Shown piece after piece: positions 34,973 to 45,102 of a stretch of 56,876 bases of DNA. The position numbers and the translations under genes were made by a program. The stretch lies in IMG/VR virus record IMGVR_UViG_3300022179_001846, positions 1 to 56,876 of that record; one strand, given 5' to 3'. The stretch comes from a virus (taxonomy: Duplodnaviria; Caudoviricetes). Each line of letters begins with the position of its first letter. Positions within the stretch are counted from its first letter, which is position 1. Under the pieces are notes generated by a model. The model searched no databases. It was not told the DNA's origin and saw only the letters and a list, made by a program, of their open reading frames with translations.

Positions 34973-35503
34973 CTATCCACGGGCGAGTTTTTCGAGCGCA
35001 TTGGTCTTCTGCGCGGAGCCGGCGGAGCTGCCGACCCAGTATCCTACCACTGCCGTGAATGAAGTACCAAGGCTGCCCAGCATGATGTTGGCGAGCGTCT
35101 GGGAACTCTCGGGGATTTCTTGGCGGATCACGACGTACAGCATCGCGAAGAAGCCGACCGTGATCAGTATGCTGATGATCGGCGCGCCCCACGCGATAGC
35201 CGAGCCGGCCTCGGCGAGCTTTACCGTCTGGTTGCGGGCGTTCTGCACGTCCGCGAGCTGCGCCTGCAGGGTGTCGAATTCCTGCCGGCGAGCGTCGGCC
35301 TCAGCCTGAATCATCGCCATCTTGAACTGCAGGGCGAGGTTGGGGTCCGCGGCGATGGCCCTCTCGATGCCGGCGGCGTCGGAGGTCCCCAGAAGATCTT
35401 GGGCGATGCCCGTGATCTTGGATACGGCGGCGCCGGTCTTATCGCCCATAAGCCAGCTGGCGACGGTCGGCGCGAGGCCGAGCAGCAGAGGGAGGAAAGG
35501 CAT
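34973..35503 (-). CDS. Holin (3TM-like)
   Basis: DVQNAR, two C-terminal TM helices, YWVGSSAGS; adjacent to endolysin. Confidence 0.72.
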   Translation of the reverse strand: MPFLPLLLGLAPTVASWLMGDKTGAAVSKITGIAQDLLGTSDAAGIERAIAADPNLALQFKMAMIQAEADARRQEFDTLQAQLADVQNARNQTVKLAEAGSAIAWGAPIISILITVGFFAMLYVVIRQEIPESSQTLANIMLGSLGTSFTAVVGYWVGSSAGSAQKTNALEKLARG

Positions 35504-36081
35504 TAGGAGGGTGCTCCCTGTGCGTAGCGGAGATCGCTCAAGAACCCGTGGTGGTAGCCGGCGATCAGGTCGGCTTTGTCGGTCCCATTTATTATTTTCC
35601 GTGCGCCAATCGGGTCGTCTACCGTGTCGTTGAAGTACATCTCAAGGCACTTGCCGGTGAAGTCGCCGACGGTGCTGTCTGCCTTCATCATACCCTCGAA
35701 CATGATCGCGGCGGCGATGCGCGGGTCCATGGCGAGGTCGAGATTGGCCAAGAGATCAACGCCCAGCAGGCGGCCCATCTTCTTGTAGTTATCCTCCCAT
35801 GTGAGCTGCACGTAGCCGCGGCCATACCACGGGTAATAGCGCAGGTTCCGGCGGCGCCACTCCTCCGACAGCCAGTAGGCTTCGCGAACCGGCTGCATCG
35901 TCATGTTCGTCTCGTGATAGGTCGTGGCGAGCATGTAGGCCAGCCAGCGCAGGTCCGTCAGCTTGCGCACCTCCCACTCGTCAAGAATGGCGTCGATGCC
36001 GTTCACCTGATCCTGTGTGAGCGTGCCGCTAAACAGGTCCGGGCGGATGCCGTCGAAGAAGACTTTCCGGTTCGTGCTCAT
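35503..36081 (-). CDS. Endolysin, GH19-like
   Basis: AYMLATTYHET, YGRGYVQLTWEDNY, ARKIINGTD. Confidence 0.88.
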   Translation of the reverse strand: MSTNRKVFFDGIRPDLFSGTLTQDQVNGIDAILDEWEVRKLTDLRWLAYMLATTYHETNMTMQPVREAYWLSEEWRRRNLRYYPWYGRGYVQLTWEDNYKKMGRLLGVDLLANLDLAMDPRIAAAIMFEGMMKADSTVGDFTGKCLEMYFNDTVDDPIGARKIINGTDKADLIAGYHHGFLSDLRYAQGAPS

Positions 36082-36284
36082 GGGATTCTCATGGACAACT
36101 GGCCTAACAGGATCAGGCCGACGTCCTTCATGGAGTCAACAATCGTCCCGCCCGTGAGGATCAAAGTGCAGATCACGACGAAGCCGCCGACTGAAATGAA
36201 GCCGATCAAGTCGGCTCGCCATCCACCCTTCATTGCTTTTGCTCCCTTAACATCGTCACGACGAGACGGCCTTGAGTACCGCAA
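36078..36284 (-). CDS. Small membrane protein (start uncertain)
   Basis: Hydrophobic segment; ATGA overlap with endolysin. Confidence 0.4.
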   Translation of the reverse strand: MRYSRPSRRDDVKGAKAMKGGWRADLIGFISVGGFVVICTLILTGGTIVDSMKDVGLILLGQLSMRIP

Positions 36285-38646
36285 AGTTTATCACCAACGC
36301 CTCCGAGAGATTTCCACCCGTTGTGTTCGTGAGCGTCACTGTTGCGCTGCCAGCGTTTGAAACGCCTCTGATTGCGTAAGCGCCGACTGTGCCGCCGGAG
36401 TTGTGTTGAAAAAACAAAACGTCGGTCGCGGCGATGTTGCTGTTGGTCATCGTGAAAGAGACAGACGCACCAGCATTAAGCGCGTCGTTGAATGTGGTGA
36501 CGACGCCCGATGGATTGTTCAAAACGCAGGTCGTGGCCTTGCTCGTTAGCTGCGTTACCGCGCCGCCAGCCCCGGTCCCATAGCCAACGCCACCCGCCGT
36601 GGCTGCCGTGCTTTTGATCGCTCCGGTGCCAGTGAGGTTGGCACCCGAAGAGCCGTCGCCCTTCTGCACGAACAAAGCGCCAGCGTTCCAGACGAGCCTG
36701 CCGTCCGACGAGGTTGCGCCGCCAAACCGTACCGCCGAAGAAGTCGCGGTAACGATGCTGGCCTCCAAAGGGGCGTTGGCGCTGCTGTTGCCTTTCTGAA
36801 CGATGAGTGTTCCGGAGTTATTGATTAGCCGCGTGTCGGTAACAGTCGCGCCACCAAGATACACGGCCGCACTGGTTGCGGTGAAGATGCTCGCTTCGAC
36901 AGGGGCGTTGACGCTGCTGTCGCCTTTCTGGACCACCAGTTTTCCAGAATTATTGGCTAGGCGCGTGTCGGTAACAGTCGCGCCGCCCAGATACATGACC
37001 GAAGAAGTCGCGGTAACAGTACTCGCTTCCACAGGGGCATAGGCTGAAGTGTCGCCCTTTTGAACAACGAGCTTGCCGGAATTATTAGCTAGGCGCGTGT
37101 CGGTAACAGTCGCGCCGCCCAGATACATGACCGAAGAAGTCGCGGTGAAGATGCTGCCATACGCTTGTGCGTATGCACCCCCGGCACCCGTCTGGAAAAC
37201 GACCGTGTCGTTGTTTCCTGCGATGCGCGCGTAGGAAGCAGTCGGGTAGCCTAAGACAACCACAGCGCCGCTTGCCTGCAGGATGTTGCCGCGAACGGTT
37301 CGCTCTCCACTACCCAGCGACGCGGAGCCGACGCCTTTGTTCCGCATGAACTGGTCGGTGTAGTCACCCATCCATTCAGCACCACGAAACGCTGGATGGA
37401 TGCCGTCTGCGAACCACGTCGTGCTGGAATGCGGCAGCGACATGATATCGGTGAAATCGAGGACCAGATCACCGGGGATGGTGCCGTCACGGACAGCCTG
37501 AGATACCGTATCAACGTGCGTGACGTAGGCGACCGTTCCGCTGGTAAACGGCTCAAGCACGTTGATGACGATATAGCCGTCTGCTTGGGCCGCCACCGCG
37601 ATAGACGTCAGGTTGTTTATGGAATGCGTAGTCGTCTCGCCGTCGATTGCATCCGCGTAGGAAAGACAATCGAGAAAAAGAAAAGCGCGGCCCGTGTTGC
37701 CAGTAACCGCCGGAGAGATGTCGTGAGGAGCCGGGATCACTCTGCCGTTGTACGACGTTCCCGCCGTGTAGGCCGCCAGCTGATCGGCGGTGCGAGCGCC
37801 GTCTTTGCTGCAATTCCAAAACGTGCCGCGATCAACGGCCCACTCGCCGCGGGAAAAAACATCCGGCCAGCAACCAGCGAGGCCGCCCCAGACCAAACTC
37901 TCGGAGGCGTAGTGCGTCCCAGATTGCGTGCCACTAAAGTCGAGGGCCGCGCCGCCTGCCGTTGAGGAGACGGTGTAGTTGTCAGCGTCAATGACGGTTT
38001 TGACGTAGTAGACCACCGTTGAAGTGACTATGGGCGTCAGCGTCGTGCCGCCGGAGGAAACGCTGAACTCAAGGGGTGTGTTTGCCGCGTACCCATGTGC
38101 GACCTGCGTGACCACGCCGGGCGTGCCAATGGTCATCGTTATCGTATTGACGACACCAGCACCACCGCGCGGAATCGACGTGCCAAGCCAGACGAACAAC
38201 TGGTCCGCTTGATCCTGCTTCCAACCGCCGCTTGTGGCGGCGTCGTAGAGACGATTGTACCGGCCCGCCGCGCCACTGGTGCATTCGACGACAAACTCGT
38301 CGTCTGCCGTCGTGGTGGATCCCACGACCCACTGCCACATCCCGGCGGCTGATCCAGTCTTGACGATCACGCTCTCAGGTCGTGAGGTCAGAGCTTTCAA
38401 GGCGGCGAGATCTTCTACAGTCAACGCCGTATCGAGGTTCTGCGATGCCGCCTGCGCGGTGGTGGCTCCGGTGCCGCCATTGGCGACGGGGAGAGTCCCC
38501 GAATCGAAGGGGAAGACCGTGGTGAGATACGCCCCGAGTTGGGCGGTGTTGACCCTAACCGACGACCCTGCCTGCACGGCTTCAAACTGTTCCGTCCCGC
38601 CCAGCGCGATGGCGGCCGGCAAATTCGGGATCTGTTGGTTGCTCAT
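36256..38646 (-). CDS. Tail spike/fiber with SGNH-esterase-like domain and 44-aa repeats
   Basis: VWLGTSIPRG ... DGIHP; 132-bp repeats TATSSVMYLGGATVTDTRLANNSGKLVVQKGD; lower GC than flanks. Confidence 0.72.
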   Translation of the reverse strand: MSNQQIPNLPAAIALGGTEQFEAVQAGSSVRVNTAQLGAYLTTVFPFDSGTLPVANGGTGATTAQAASQNLDTALTVEDLAALKALTSRPESVIVKTGSAAGMWQWVVGSTTTADDEFVVECTSGAAGRYNRLYDAATSGGWKQDQADQLFVWLGTSIPRGGAGVVNTITMTIGTPGVVTQVAHGYAANTPLEFSVSSGGTTLTPIVTSTVVYYVKTVIDADNYTVSSTAGGAALDFSGTQSGTHYASESLVWGGLAGCWPDVFSRGEWAVDRGTFWNCSKDGARTADQLAAYTAGTSYNGRVIPAPHDISPAVTGNTGRAFLFLDCLSYADAIDGETTTHSINNLTSIAVAAQADGYIVINVLEPFTSGTVAYVTHVDTVSQAVRDGTIPGDLVLDFTDIMSLPHSSTTWFADGIHPAFRGAEWMGDYTDQFMRNKGVGSASLGSGERTVRGNILQASGAVVVLGYPTASYARIAGNNDTVVFQTGAGGAYAQAYGSIFTATSSVMYLGGATVTDTRLANNSGKLVVQKGDTSAYAPVEASTVTATSSVMYLGGATVTDTRLANNSGKLVVQKGDSSVNAPVEASIFTATSAAVYLGGATVTDTRLINNSGTLIVQKGNSSANAPLEASIVTATSSAVRFGGATSSDGRLVWNAGALFVQKGDGSSGANLTGTGAIKSTAATAGGVGYGTGAGGAVTQLTSKATTCVLNNPSGVVTTFNDALNAGASVSFTMTNSNIAATDVLFFQHNSGGTVGAYAIRGVSNAGSATVTLTNTTGGNLSEALVINFAVLKAVSS

Positions 38647-39146
38647 GTCAGTGGTCCTGTCTCGGGGACGTCAGTGTTGTTGTACGGCAGGCCCGGGTCA
38701 TCGTTACCCGGCGCGTTGGGGTCGGTGCCCGGCTGCTCGTTGAGGCTCCCCGGGGCGGCGCCCGTCTGCTGCGTGACGCGGGTGTCGTCGTTCTGCGTGA
38801 TACGCCCGTCGTTGCCGGGGATCGGGATGCCCGTCCAGAAGTCAACCGTGTCCTGCCCGCTGGTCGTGCGTTGCGTCGTGGAGGCGGCGACGAAGTCTTG
38901 AACGCGGGGGTTCATGATCGGCACCGGATCCGCAGGGATTACGATGGAGCGAAGCTGCTGCTGCTGGTCGTCATTGCACTTGCGGCAGACGAGAACGCGC
39001 GTGTTCTGCAGCGTCGCGCCGCGCCAATCCCACTGAAATTGTAGTGTGCTGTGCGTGTACACAAACCCGCAACGGTCACACACCCCCGCAGCTTGCGGCC
39101 CTGATGGGCTGATCCGAGCGCGACCCTGCCTGCTTGCGTAGCCCAT
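38643..39146 (-). CDS. Hypothetical virion-module protein (CxxC pairs)
   Basis: MGYASRQG..CDRCGF...LVCRKCND. Confidence 0.7.
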   Translation of the reverse strand: MGYASRQGRARISPSGPQAAGVCDRCGFVYTHSTLQFQWDWRGATLQNTRVLVCRKCNDDQQQQLRSIVIPADPVPIMNPRVQDFVAASTTQRTTSGQDTVDFWTGIPIPGNDGRITQNDDTRVTQQTGAAPGSLNEQPGTDPNAPGNDDPGLPYNNTDVPETGPLT

Positions 39147-39148
39147 GG

Positions 39149-39730
39149 CTACTCCGCCCAGAACAGGTGCCGTTCGTCGGCGGGCACCCTGTTCTTCTTG
39201 GAGATGTTGTCGAAAGCCGTAAGAACCTGAAGGTTCCACGGAACGTGAAGGCCCGCGAAGTTGCGGCCCTTTAAAGGGTGGATGTGATCAACATGATGCT
39301 TCACACCAGTCTGAACCGTCCGTGCTTCGGCGATGTCGTACATCTCTTGGATTTGCGCATGGTGAATTGCAGTAAGCCATGATGGCGCCGCGCTAACTTT
39401 CATCGCCGCGCGCCTTCGCTGTTTTGCGGCGAGTTTTGCGCTGTTTTTCACTGACCAAGTGCGCATGTAGTTTTTTGTGTACTCGGGGTGCTCTATCTGC
39501 CACACGCGCGCTTTAGCGCGCTCATTCTCAATATTCGCTTGGTAGAACTTCTTGCGATTAGCGCGCGACCGCTCGCGGTTGATGTTGTGCCACTCAAGAT
39601 TGCGCGCCGCGCGACAGGTCTTGCAGCGTGAAGCGAGATTGTTGCGGTCGCCGCGCCCCGGCTTAACGCTGGAAAACGCGCCAAAAGGCTTAGAAACTCC
39701 GCAGCCGTTGCATGTTTTGGTGTCGGGCAT
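39149..39730 (-). CDS. Free-standing HNH endonuclease
   Basis: CNGC..CKTC Zn finger; HHVDHIHPLKG..GLHVPWNLQVLTAFDN..KKN. Confidence 0.9.
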   Translation of the reverse strand: MPDTKTCNGCGVSKPFGAFSSVKPGRGDRNNLASRCKTCRAARNLEWHNINRERSRANRKKFYQANIENERAKARVWQIEHPEYTKNYMRTWSVKNSAKLAAKQRRRAAMKVSAAPSWLTAIHHAQIQEMYDIAEARTVQTGVKHHVDHIHPLKGRNFAGLHVPWNLQVLTAFDNISKKNRVPADERHLFWAE

Positions 39731-39746
39731 GCCTCATCCTACCTCA

Positions 39747-40439
39747 CTAGGGCCGATAATAACCCGCCAATTGCGGCGAGATGAATTGTGAGGCGACCTC
39801 GATGTTCTGTTCCGCCGCGATCTTGTACGTCTCGTCGGCGATGGCCTTGAGGCCTGCGGCGATCTGCGGGTTCCATACCTTGGCGAGCCGGTAGGCGAGG
39901 CCGTCGGCGAAAGCCTCAAGCCACAGGTAGGGAATCTCGACAGTCTGGCCGCTTGAAAATTCGGCGTCCTGCATCCTGCGGACGCGGTAATACTTGAGCG
40001 ACGACGTGCTAGAGCCGTCCGGCACCGGCCAGAGCGTGACCGTCGGGCTGATTAGGCGGTCAAACCAGAAGACCGTCGGGAAGCCCTGTTGGGCCTTATT
40101 CGGGTACGAGGCGTACTCCGTGCGGCTGACGGGCATGATGATGCGGTCGGTGCTGACACCGCTCTGAGACGTCACCATGTAGGCGTCGAGGATCATGACG
40201 GTGTTGGCGTCGACCGGGTATGTCGAGACGCCCTGCGATACCGTCGTCGTCACGAGGTCGACGGCCCACAAGTTGACGCCTTGGTTCGCCCACGAGGCCA
40301 GCATCATGTTTGTCGCCATGCGAGCGCTCTGCATGTGTTCCTGCACGAGCGACGTCGGCCGAATTTGACAGAGATTGAACGCGTAAAGCGTCAGCTCGCC
40401 GAGGCCGGGATTGAAGGTATATGTGCCACTCGTCGTCAT
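39747..40439 (-). CDS. Head-tail connector / tail tubular protein-like
   Basis: MTTSGT, WANQGVNLW, SRTEY..PNK..G.P, LWPVPD. Confidence 0.65.
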   Translation of the reverse strand: MTTSGTYTFNPGLGELTLYAFNLCQIRPTSLVQEHMQSARMATNMMLASWANQGVNLWAVDLVTTTVSQGVSTYPVDANTVMILDAYMVTSQSGVSTDRIIMPVSRTEYASYPNKAQQGFPTVFWFDRLISPTVTLWPVPDGSSTSSLKYYRVRRMQDAEFSSGQTVEIPYLWLEAFADGLAYRLAKVWNPQIAAGLKAIADETYKIAAEQNIEVASQFISPQLAGYYRP

Positions 40440-41080
40440 CAGAACGGCACGACGCCCGTCTGGGTGACCGTCGCCCTGACGTAGGCGGGGTTGGTGTTGC
40501 TATTGATTTGAATACGGATCCACAGCGGGGCGTAGGCCGCATTCGTGGTTGCTGTAGTCGCCCCCGCGGCAGCGAACGTATTCCACGTCATAGCCGCAGG
40601 CAGCACAGGGTCCGTTGCTGAATTGGGGTCATCGTTTGAGTACTGCACGGTGTAGTTGATCGTGCCTGAGACTACCGCCTGTACGGACGCATTCGGCAGC
40701 GCCCACTCGTCAAGGCGCACCCATGTCGAGCCGCCGACGCCGTTGGTGCCGATGGTTACGTTGCCCGTCGGTGTGGCGCTGGCGGTGACACTGGTGACCG
40801 TATAGAAATCGAGGGCGGTATAGGTCGACGTGTTGTTGACGCCGGCCACGGCCTCGCTGAGCACGTCGCCGGCGCTGTTTGCGCCCGTTACCGTGAAGGT
40901 AAGGGCTGTCTCGTCGGCGACCGTGGTGATCAGCACCCGGCGCGGCGCGCCCAGCAGGGCAACGCCGCCCGAGACGAGGGCACCGTTCAACGTGAAAGTG
41001 GCGGCGGGCTTCTGGGCTTGCGCGATGCCATCGGCATCGGGGGCGGCCAACGGACCCGCGGTGACAGTAATCGGGCGCAT
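40439..41080 (-). CDS. Hypothetical virion protein
   Basis: Thr/Ala/Val-rich beta protein in the structural operon. Confidence 0.7.
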   Translation of the reverse strand: MRPITVTAGPLAAPDADGIAQAQKPAATFTLNGALVSGGVALLGAPRRVLITTVADETALTFTVTGANSAGDVLSEAVAGVNNTSTYTALDFYTVTSVTASATPTGNVTIGTNGVGGSTWVRLDEWALPNASVQAVVSGTINYTVQYSNDDPNSATDPVLPAAMTWNTFAAAGATTATTNAAYAPLWIRIQINSNTNPAYVRATVTQTGVVPF

Positions 41081-41091
41081 TTACGAGGCTC

Positions 41092-41367
41092 CTAGCATTT
41101 CACGTCCCACTTCTTCAGCGCGAGGTTAATGCGGCTGTTCGGATCGTGGGCGGTTTTTGAGGATGTCAGCTTTTCCTTCATCCCGCACATGCGGGCGCGG
41201 AAGCTGTCGCGGCGCGCGGCGGACGCCGGGCTGCCCTTGGCCTGCTCCGCGGTGACGGGCGGCTTGATGTTGTATCCGGTGGCGCGCAGGGACGCCCGGC
41301 CGGTGGCGTTCAAGCCGCCTGACGGGTTCTTTCCCTCGCGACGCTGCCATGCCGGTGTGCGGGCCAT
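41092..41367 (-). CDS. Small basic protein (DUF6321-like)
   Basis: PAWQRREGKNPSGGLN...RRDSFRARM..SRINLALKKWDVKC. Confidence 0.7.
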   Translation of the reverse strand: MARTPAWQRREGKNPSGGLNATGRASLRATGYNIKPPVTAEQAKGSPASAARRDSFRARMCGMKEKLTSSKTAHDPNSRINLALKKWDVKC

Positions 41368-41378
41368 CAGGCACCTCG

Positions 41379-41406
41379 AAAAAGAGGACGGGGGCCGAGG
41401 CCCCCG
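41379..41406 (-). terminator. Probable intrinsic terminator
   Basis: CGGGGGC-CGAG-GCCCCCG hairpin with a downstream T5 run on the minus strand. Confidence 0.5.
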
Positions 41407-41413
41407 CCGTAGG

Positions 41414-41713
41414 TCAGCAGCTGCTCTGCTTGCTGCTGCGGCCCCGAGCGGGGGTACCACTATGAGCCGAGGAGAGCGGGTTCATGTTCGAGCCCGTGCG
41501 GCCGCCGCTCTTGCGAGGCATGCGGCCGGCGTTGAGCTTGGACATCTTGCCCTGCATCTTCACGGTCTTGCCGCCGCGCTTGCGCTCTTCGGCAGCGTCC
41601 GTGACATCGTCGGCGCCGGGACCGTTGTACTTCCCGTTCTTCCGGCTGAGGTCTTCCTTGTAGGCGGCGACGCCGCCGCCGGCTTCACGGTTCTTGCGAT
41701 GACGAGCCTTCAT
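41414..41713 (-). CDS. Small basic xxGG-motif protein
   Basis: REAGG, RKRGG, RKSGG; AAGGAGG RBS. Confidence 0.75.
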   Translation of the reverse strand: MKARHRKNREAGGGVAAYKEDLSRKNGKYNGPGADDVTDAAEERKRGGKTVKMQGKMSKLNAGRMPRKSGGRTGSNMNPLSSAHSGTPARGRSSKQSSC

Positions 41714-41724
41714 GGCCTGCCTCC

Positions 41725-42753
41725 TTACGACGGGTTGACGGCGATGCCGCTGGTGGCCGCTGTGGGCGCGGCGCCATCGACGTAGATCTGACCCAGCGAA
41801 TTGGCGTCAGTGCCGAATTCGGTGATGCCGACGAGCGTGCATTCCTTCATCAGCAGCAGGCCACCCGCCGAAGCCGGGAGCGTCGCGAGGGCGCTCATGG
41901 TCGTCGAGGTTGACTTGATGCTGTTGATGAACGTGCAGCGGTCGAACTTCTGCCAGCGATCAATGCCGGCCGCGGCCGCCACGATGATGCCCAGCGTCGT
42001 CGCGGAACTCGTCTGGAAGGCGAAGTTGCAGCCCCTGAACGTGTTGCGCGCGGTGCCGCCCGAAAACTGCAGCGTGGCGTTCGCTACCGTGCGCGTCACG
42101 GTGTCGAGGCCAAGTTCGCAGCCTTCGAAGGTGTGCTCGCCGGTTCCGCTGATCAGCAGCGAACGGCTGGTGGTCGCCTGCGCCGAGGCCGCGTCGCCCG
42201 CACCACCGAACATGACGTTCGAGTAGTAGTTGCGGCCGCCGCTGTCGGTCCACGCGATCTGGCTGGCGCCGCCGGTCGAGAAACCGTTGAACACCGAGAA
42301 GTTCGCGAAGATGCATCCCGACGCCGACACCGTCACGAAATTGCCCGACCCGAAGGTCGCCATCGTGTAGGTGCCCGTCGGCGGCGCGATGCGAGCGCGC
42401 TGGCTGACCGCGGTCGGAGCACACATGCCAACGATGTGGCAGGCGTTCTTCGACCAGACCAGCGTGCCGGCGGTAGCCGTCGGGTCGAGTACCTGCGCAT
42501 TGGCCAGCGACAGGCGCTGGGTGGCAGTCGTCGAGCCGTCGCCGACGATCACGGCCACGTCGTTCTGACCGGCCGTCATCTTGTAGTGCGCTCCGTAGAG
42601 CGTCTGGAGGGGGCTGTCTGCCGATCCGGTGTTGCCGTCGCTTCCGTTGACGTAGTCAACGAAGTAGACGCTGCCGGTGGTCAACGGAAGACCGGACATT
42701 CCCATGGTGGGAATGCCGGCTACCGCCAGCCCGCTCAGGTGAGTGATACCCAT
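41725..42753 (-). CDS. Virion protein, beta-helix-like
   Basis: VYFVD..GSDGNTG..SPLQTL motif; directly after the capsid gene. Confidence 0.7.
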   Translation of the reverse strand: MGITHLSGLAVAGIPTMGMSGLPLTTGSVYFVDYVNGSDGNTGSADSPLQTLYGAHYKMTAGQNDVAVIVGDGSTTATQRLSLANAQVLDPTATAGTLVWSKNACHIVGMCAPTAVSQRARIAPPTGTYTMATFGSGNFVTVSASGCIFANFSVFNGFSTGGASQIAWTDSGGRNYYSNVMFGGAGDAASAQATTSRSLLISGTGEHTFEGCELGLDTVTRTVANATLQFSGGTARNTFRGCNFAFQTSSATTLGIIVAAAAGIDRWQKFDRCTFINSIKSTSTTMSALATLPASAGGLLLMKECTLVGITEFGTDANSLGQIYVDGAAPTAATSGIAVNPS

Positions 42754-42769
42754 GTTGAGCGGCTCCTTA

Positions 42770-43684
42770 TCAGGCGGTGGGGAACGATCCGAAGATGGAC
42801 CTAAAGTTATAATAGCCGAAGCTATATCTCTCGTAGCCCTTCACCAGAAGGTTGTCGGTGACGAAGTCCACCTGCATGTCCGTCTCGAACTTGATGCGCT
42901 CCATGTAGGAGAGCCCGTCGATGTTGGTCATCAGGAACCACGCGTAGGCCGACGTGAGGAAGTCGTTGACCATGTAGCCCTCGGGCAGGCCGCCCGCGGT
43001 CGACATGATCGCGTTGACGTCGTTGTCGGCCGTGCCGGGGCGCAGCTCGGTCTTGGTCAGTCGGATGGCGACCGGCTCAAGCTGCGGCGGCACGACGAGC
43101 TTCCGGGCGCGGGCGAAGACCTTGAGGCCCGCCTGATCCTTGAAGTTCGTCCGGACCGCGATCATCGAGTTCAGCAGCGACGCCTCGTTGAGGTCGACCT
43201 GAACCGCCGGCTTGTTGGCGACCGTGCCGCCGTCGATGGGATGGTCAGTGGCGCAGAGCGCCTTGCCGTCACCGCCGATGGAGGCGTTGTAGGTGGTCGC
43301 CGTGTTCAGGATGTTCGCGCCGTAGATTTCCTTGGTCTGCTGGAAGCTCTCGATCAGACCGAGGTTCGACGGGTGGAACTGCGTCTTGTACAGGTTGTCG
43401 TCGATGGCCTTGCGAGTGATCGCGTAGCCGAGGGCGATTTCCGTGTGCTCCTGATTGTAGACGAAGCGTTCGCCGGCGCCGTTGTCGAAGGCAGTCTGGC
43501 CGCCTTCGGTCTTCAGCTGGGCGAGCCCGAGGTACCGCATTTCGGCGGTGCGCTCGAGCGCCATCTTCGAGTCGTGCTTGGTGAAGATCTTGTCGTACTG
43601 AGACGGGATCATCTCGTACTTGCCCTCGACGCCACGCAGGCCGGGGAGGAGCAAGTCCTTGATGGCGGAAAGATTAACAGCCAT
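42770..43684 (-). CDS. Major capsid protein
   Basis: LLLPGL, ALGYAIT..AIDDNLY, GDGKALCATDHP, KLVVPPQL, ERYSFG; AAGGAG RBS; strongest codon bias. Confidence 0.88.
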   Translation of the reverse strand: MAVNLSAIKDLLLPGLRGVEGKYEMIPSQYDKIFTKHDSKMALERTAEMRYLGLAQLKTEGGQTAFDNGAGERFVYNQEHTEIALGYAITRKAIDDNLYKTQFHPSNLGLIESFQQTKEIYGANILNTATTYNASIGGDGKALCATDHPIDGGTVANKPAVQVDLNEASLLNSMIAVRTNFKDQAGLKVFARARKLVVPPQLEPVAIRLTKTELRPGTADNDVNAIMSTAGGLPEGYMVNDFLTSAYAWFLMTNIDGLSYMERIKFETDMQVDFVTDNLLVKGYERYSFGYYNFRSIFGSFPTA

Positions 43685-43697
43685 TGGTCATTACTCC

Positions 43698-44327
43698 TTA
43701 GCTGATGCCGGTGGGGCCGGCGCCGTTCGAGCGCAGCCATTCGTTGTTGAAGCCGACGATGACCTGATTGTAGGCCGTGGTCGGATCAGCACCGTTGGAG
43801 CCCGGCGGGGCGGCAATCAGGCCACGCACGATGAACGGGAGCGTTACCGTGGTGTTGACGCTGTCGAGGTAGGCACCGGACTGGCCGGTGGACGTGTTGC
43901 CCGTGCCGATGGCGAACTGGGCGTACTGGCCGACCTTTGAGCTGGTGACCGTGGTCAGCGTGCCCGAGATGTTGAAGGTCGTGCTGGCGCCCATGACGAC
44001 GAACTGCGCGTTCGGGTCGTCGATGATGTAGGCTTCGACGTCACCCGAGGCGTCGCTGCCGGGCCAGTAGCTGTTCCACACGGTACGCTTCTGCGAGGTG
44101 GACAGGTACTTGCAGCCGACAAAGATGCCGGCGAGCGTGGTGGTGCCGGCCGCGGCCTGCGTGATGTAGCCGTTCGCGGTGGAGACGACCGGCATGACCG
44201 GGTCGCCGCTGTAGATGGCCGTGGTGTCGGTGGACGCAATCAGACGGGTCGACTGGGCGAAGGTGGGAGCGCCACCAGAGCCGCCGTAGTACTGACGGAA
44301 ACCGAAAGGCGCGTTCGTATTCGCCAT
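43698..44327 (-). CDS. Capsid decoration / minor head protein
   Basis: MANTNAPFGFR, GIFVGCKY, DDPNAQF; AAGGAG RBS. Confidence 0.7.
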   Translation of the reverse strand: MANTNAPFGFRQYYGGSGGAPTFAQSTRLIASTDTTAIYSGDPVMPVVSTANGYITQAAAGTTTLAGIFVGCKYLSTSQKRTVWNSYWPGSDASGDVEAYIIDDPNAQFVVMGASTTFNISGTLTTVTSSKVGQYAQFAIGTGNTSTGQSGAYLDSVNTTVTLPFIVRGLIAAPPGSNGADPTTAYNQVIVGFNNEWLRSNGAGPTGIS

Positions 44328-44468
44328 GTCGGAAACTCCTTTGTGAAGGAAGGTCCGCAGGCGTCCCGAGACGTCGCAAGAGCCGTGAAAATCAAAGCCT
44401 CGCACCGGGGAGGCAGCGTATATAATGCGCCAAGACGGCCAGCGGCTTCAACTTGACGATATGTCAAG

Positions 44469-44492
44469 AAAAAGGGGGCCCGAAGGCCCCCT
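44469..44492 (-). terminator. Intrinsic terminator
   Basis: GGGGGCC-CGAA-GGCCCCC with a T-run on the minus strand after 44512..45102. Confidence 0.8.
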
Positions 44493-44511
44493 CAGACTGA
44501 GAGACGGACCC

Positions 44512-45102
44512 CTAAGCGTCTTTCGGGATCGGGATTGCCTCGAAGCTCTTCTTGATGACGGGGCGCGTGCGCGCGTCGGAGAACTCGGCCTCCATCGTGC
44601 CGGGCGGCGCAGCGTTGAGCTGCTGCTCCTTCGCCCTGATCTGGTTGCGCGCGCGGTGTCGGTCCATCTCCTCGATGCGGTCCGTGATGGCCTTCGGGCG
44701 CTGCATCAAGACCATGCCCTTGCGCTCAATGCTGTCGCCCTTCCAGTGGACGGGCATCATCTCCGGGTGGCGACGCGCAGGCACCGGCTCCCAGCCGGTG
44801 CGCGCGAGCGCGACCTGATAGGCAGGATCCTCCTGCCCCATGATCGTGCGGCGCTTCCATTCGTAGGTCCACCCATCAGGAACCTGATCGGGCGAGAAGA
44901 AGAATTCGTCCGTCCCCTCGTTCATGTCGCCAAGGTGGCCAAGGATCTCAGCCTCGCGTCGTGCAGCGGCGGCGCGGGGGTCGTCGTCACGCAGCGGGGG
45001 CCGCATGTCGGGGCGCGGAGACGTGTCGAGGACCGTCTCTTCCGTCTCTTCGGGGCGGCGCGCGCGGCGGCGACGGCCTGCGGTCTGGGGCAGCGTGTCC
45101 AT
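44512..45102 (-). CDS. Conserved head-module hypothetical protein
   Basis: PDGWTYEWKR...GWEPVPARRHPE...GMVLMQRP. Confidence 0.75.
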   Translation of the reverse strand: MDTLPQTAGRRRRARRPEETEETVLDTSPRPDMRPPLRDDDPRAAAARREAEILGHLGDMNEGTDEFFFSPDQVPDGWTYEWKRRTIMGQEDPAYQVALARTGWEPVPARRHPEMMPVHWKGDSIERKGMVLMQRPKAITDRIEEMDRHRARNQIRAKEQQLNAAPPGTMEAEFSDARTRPVIKKSFEAIPIPKDA

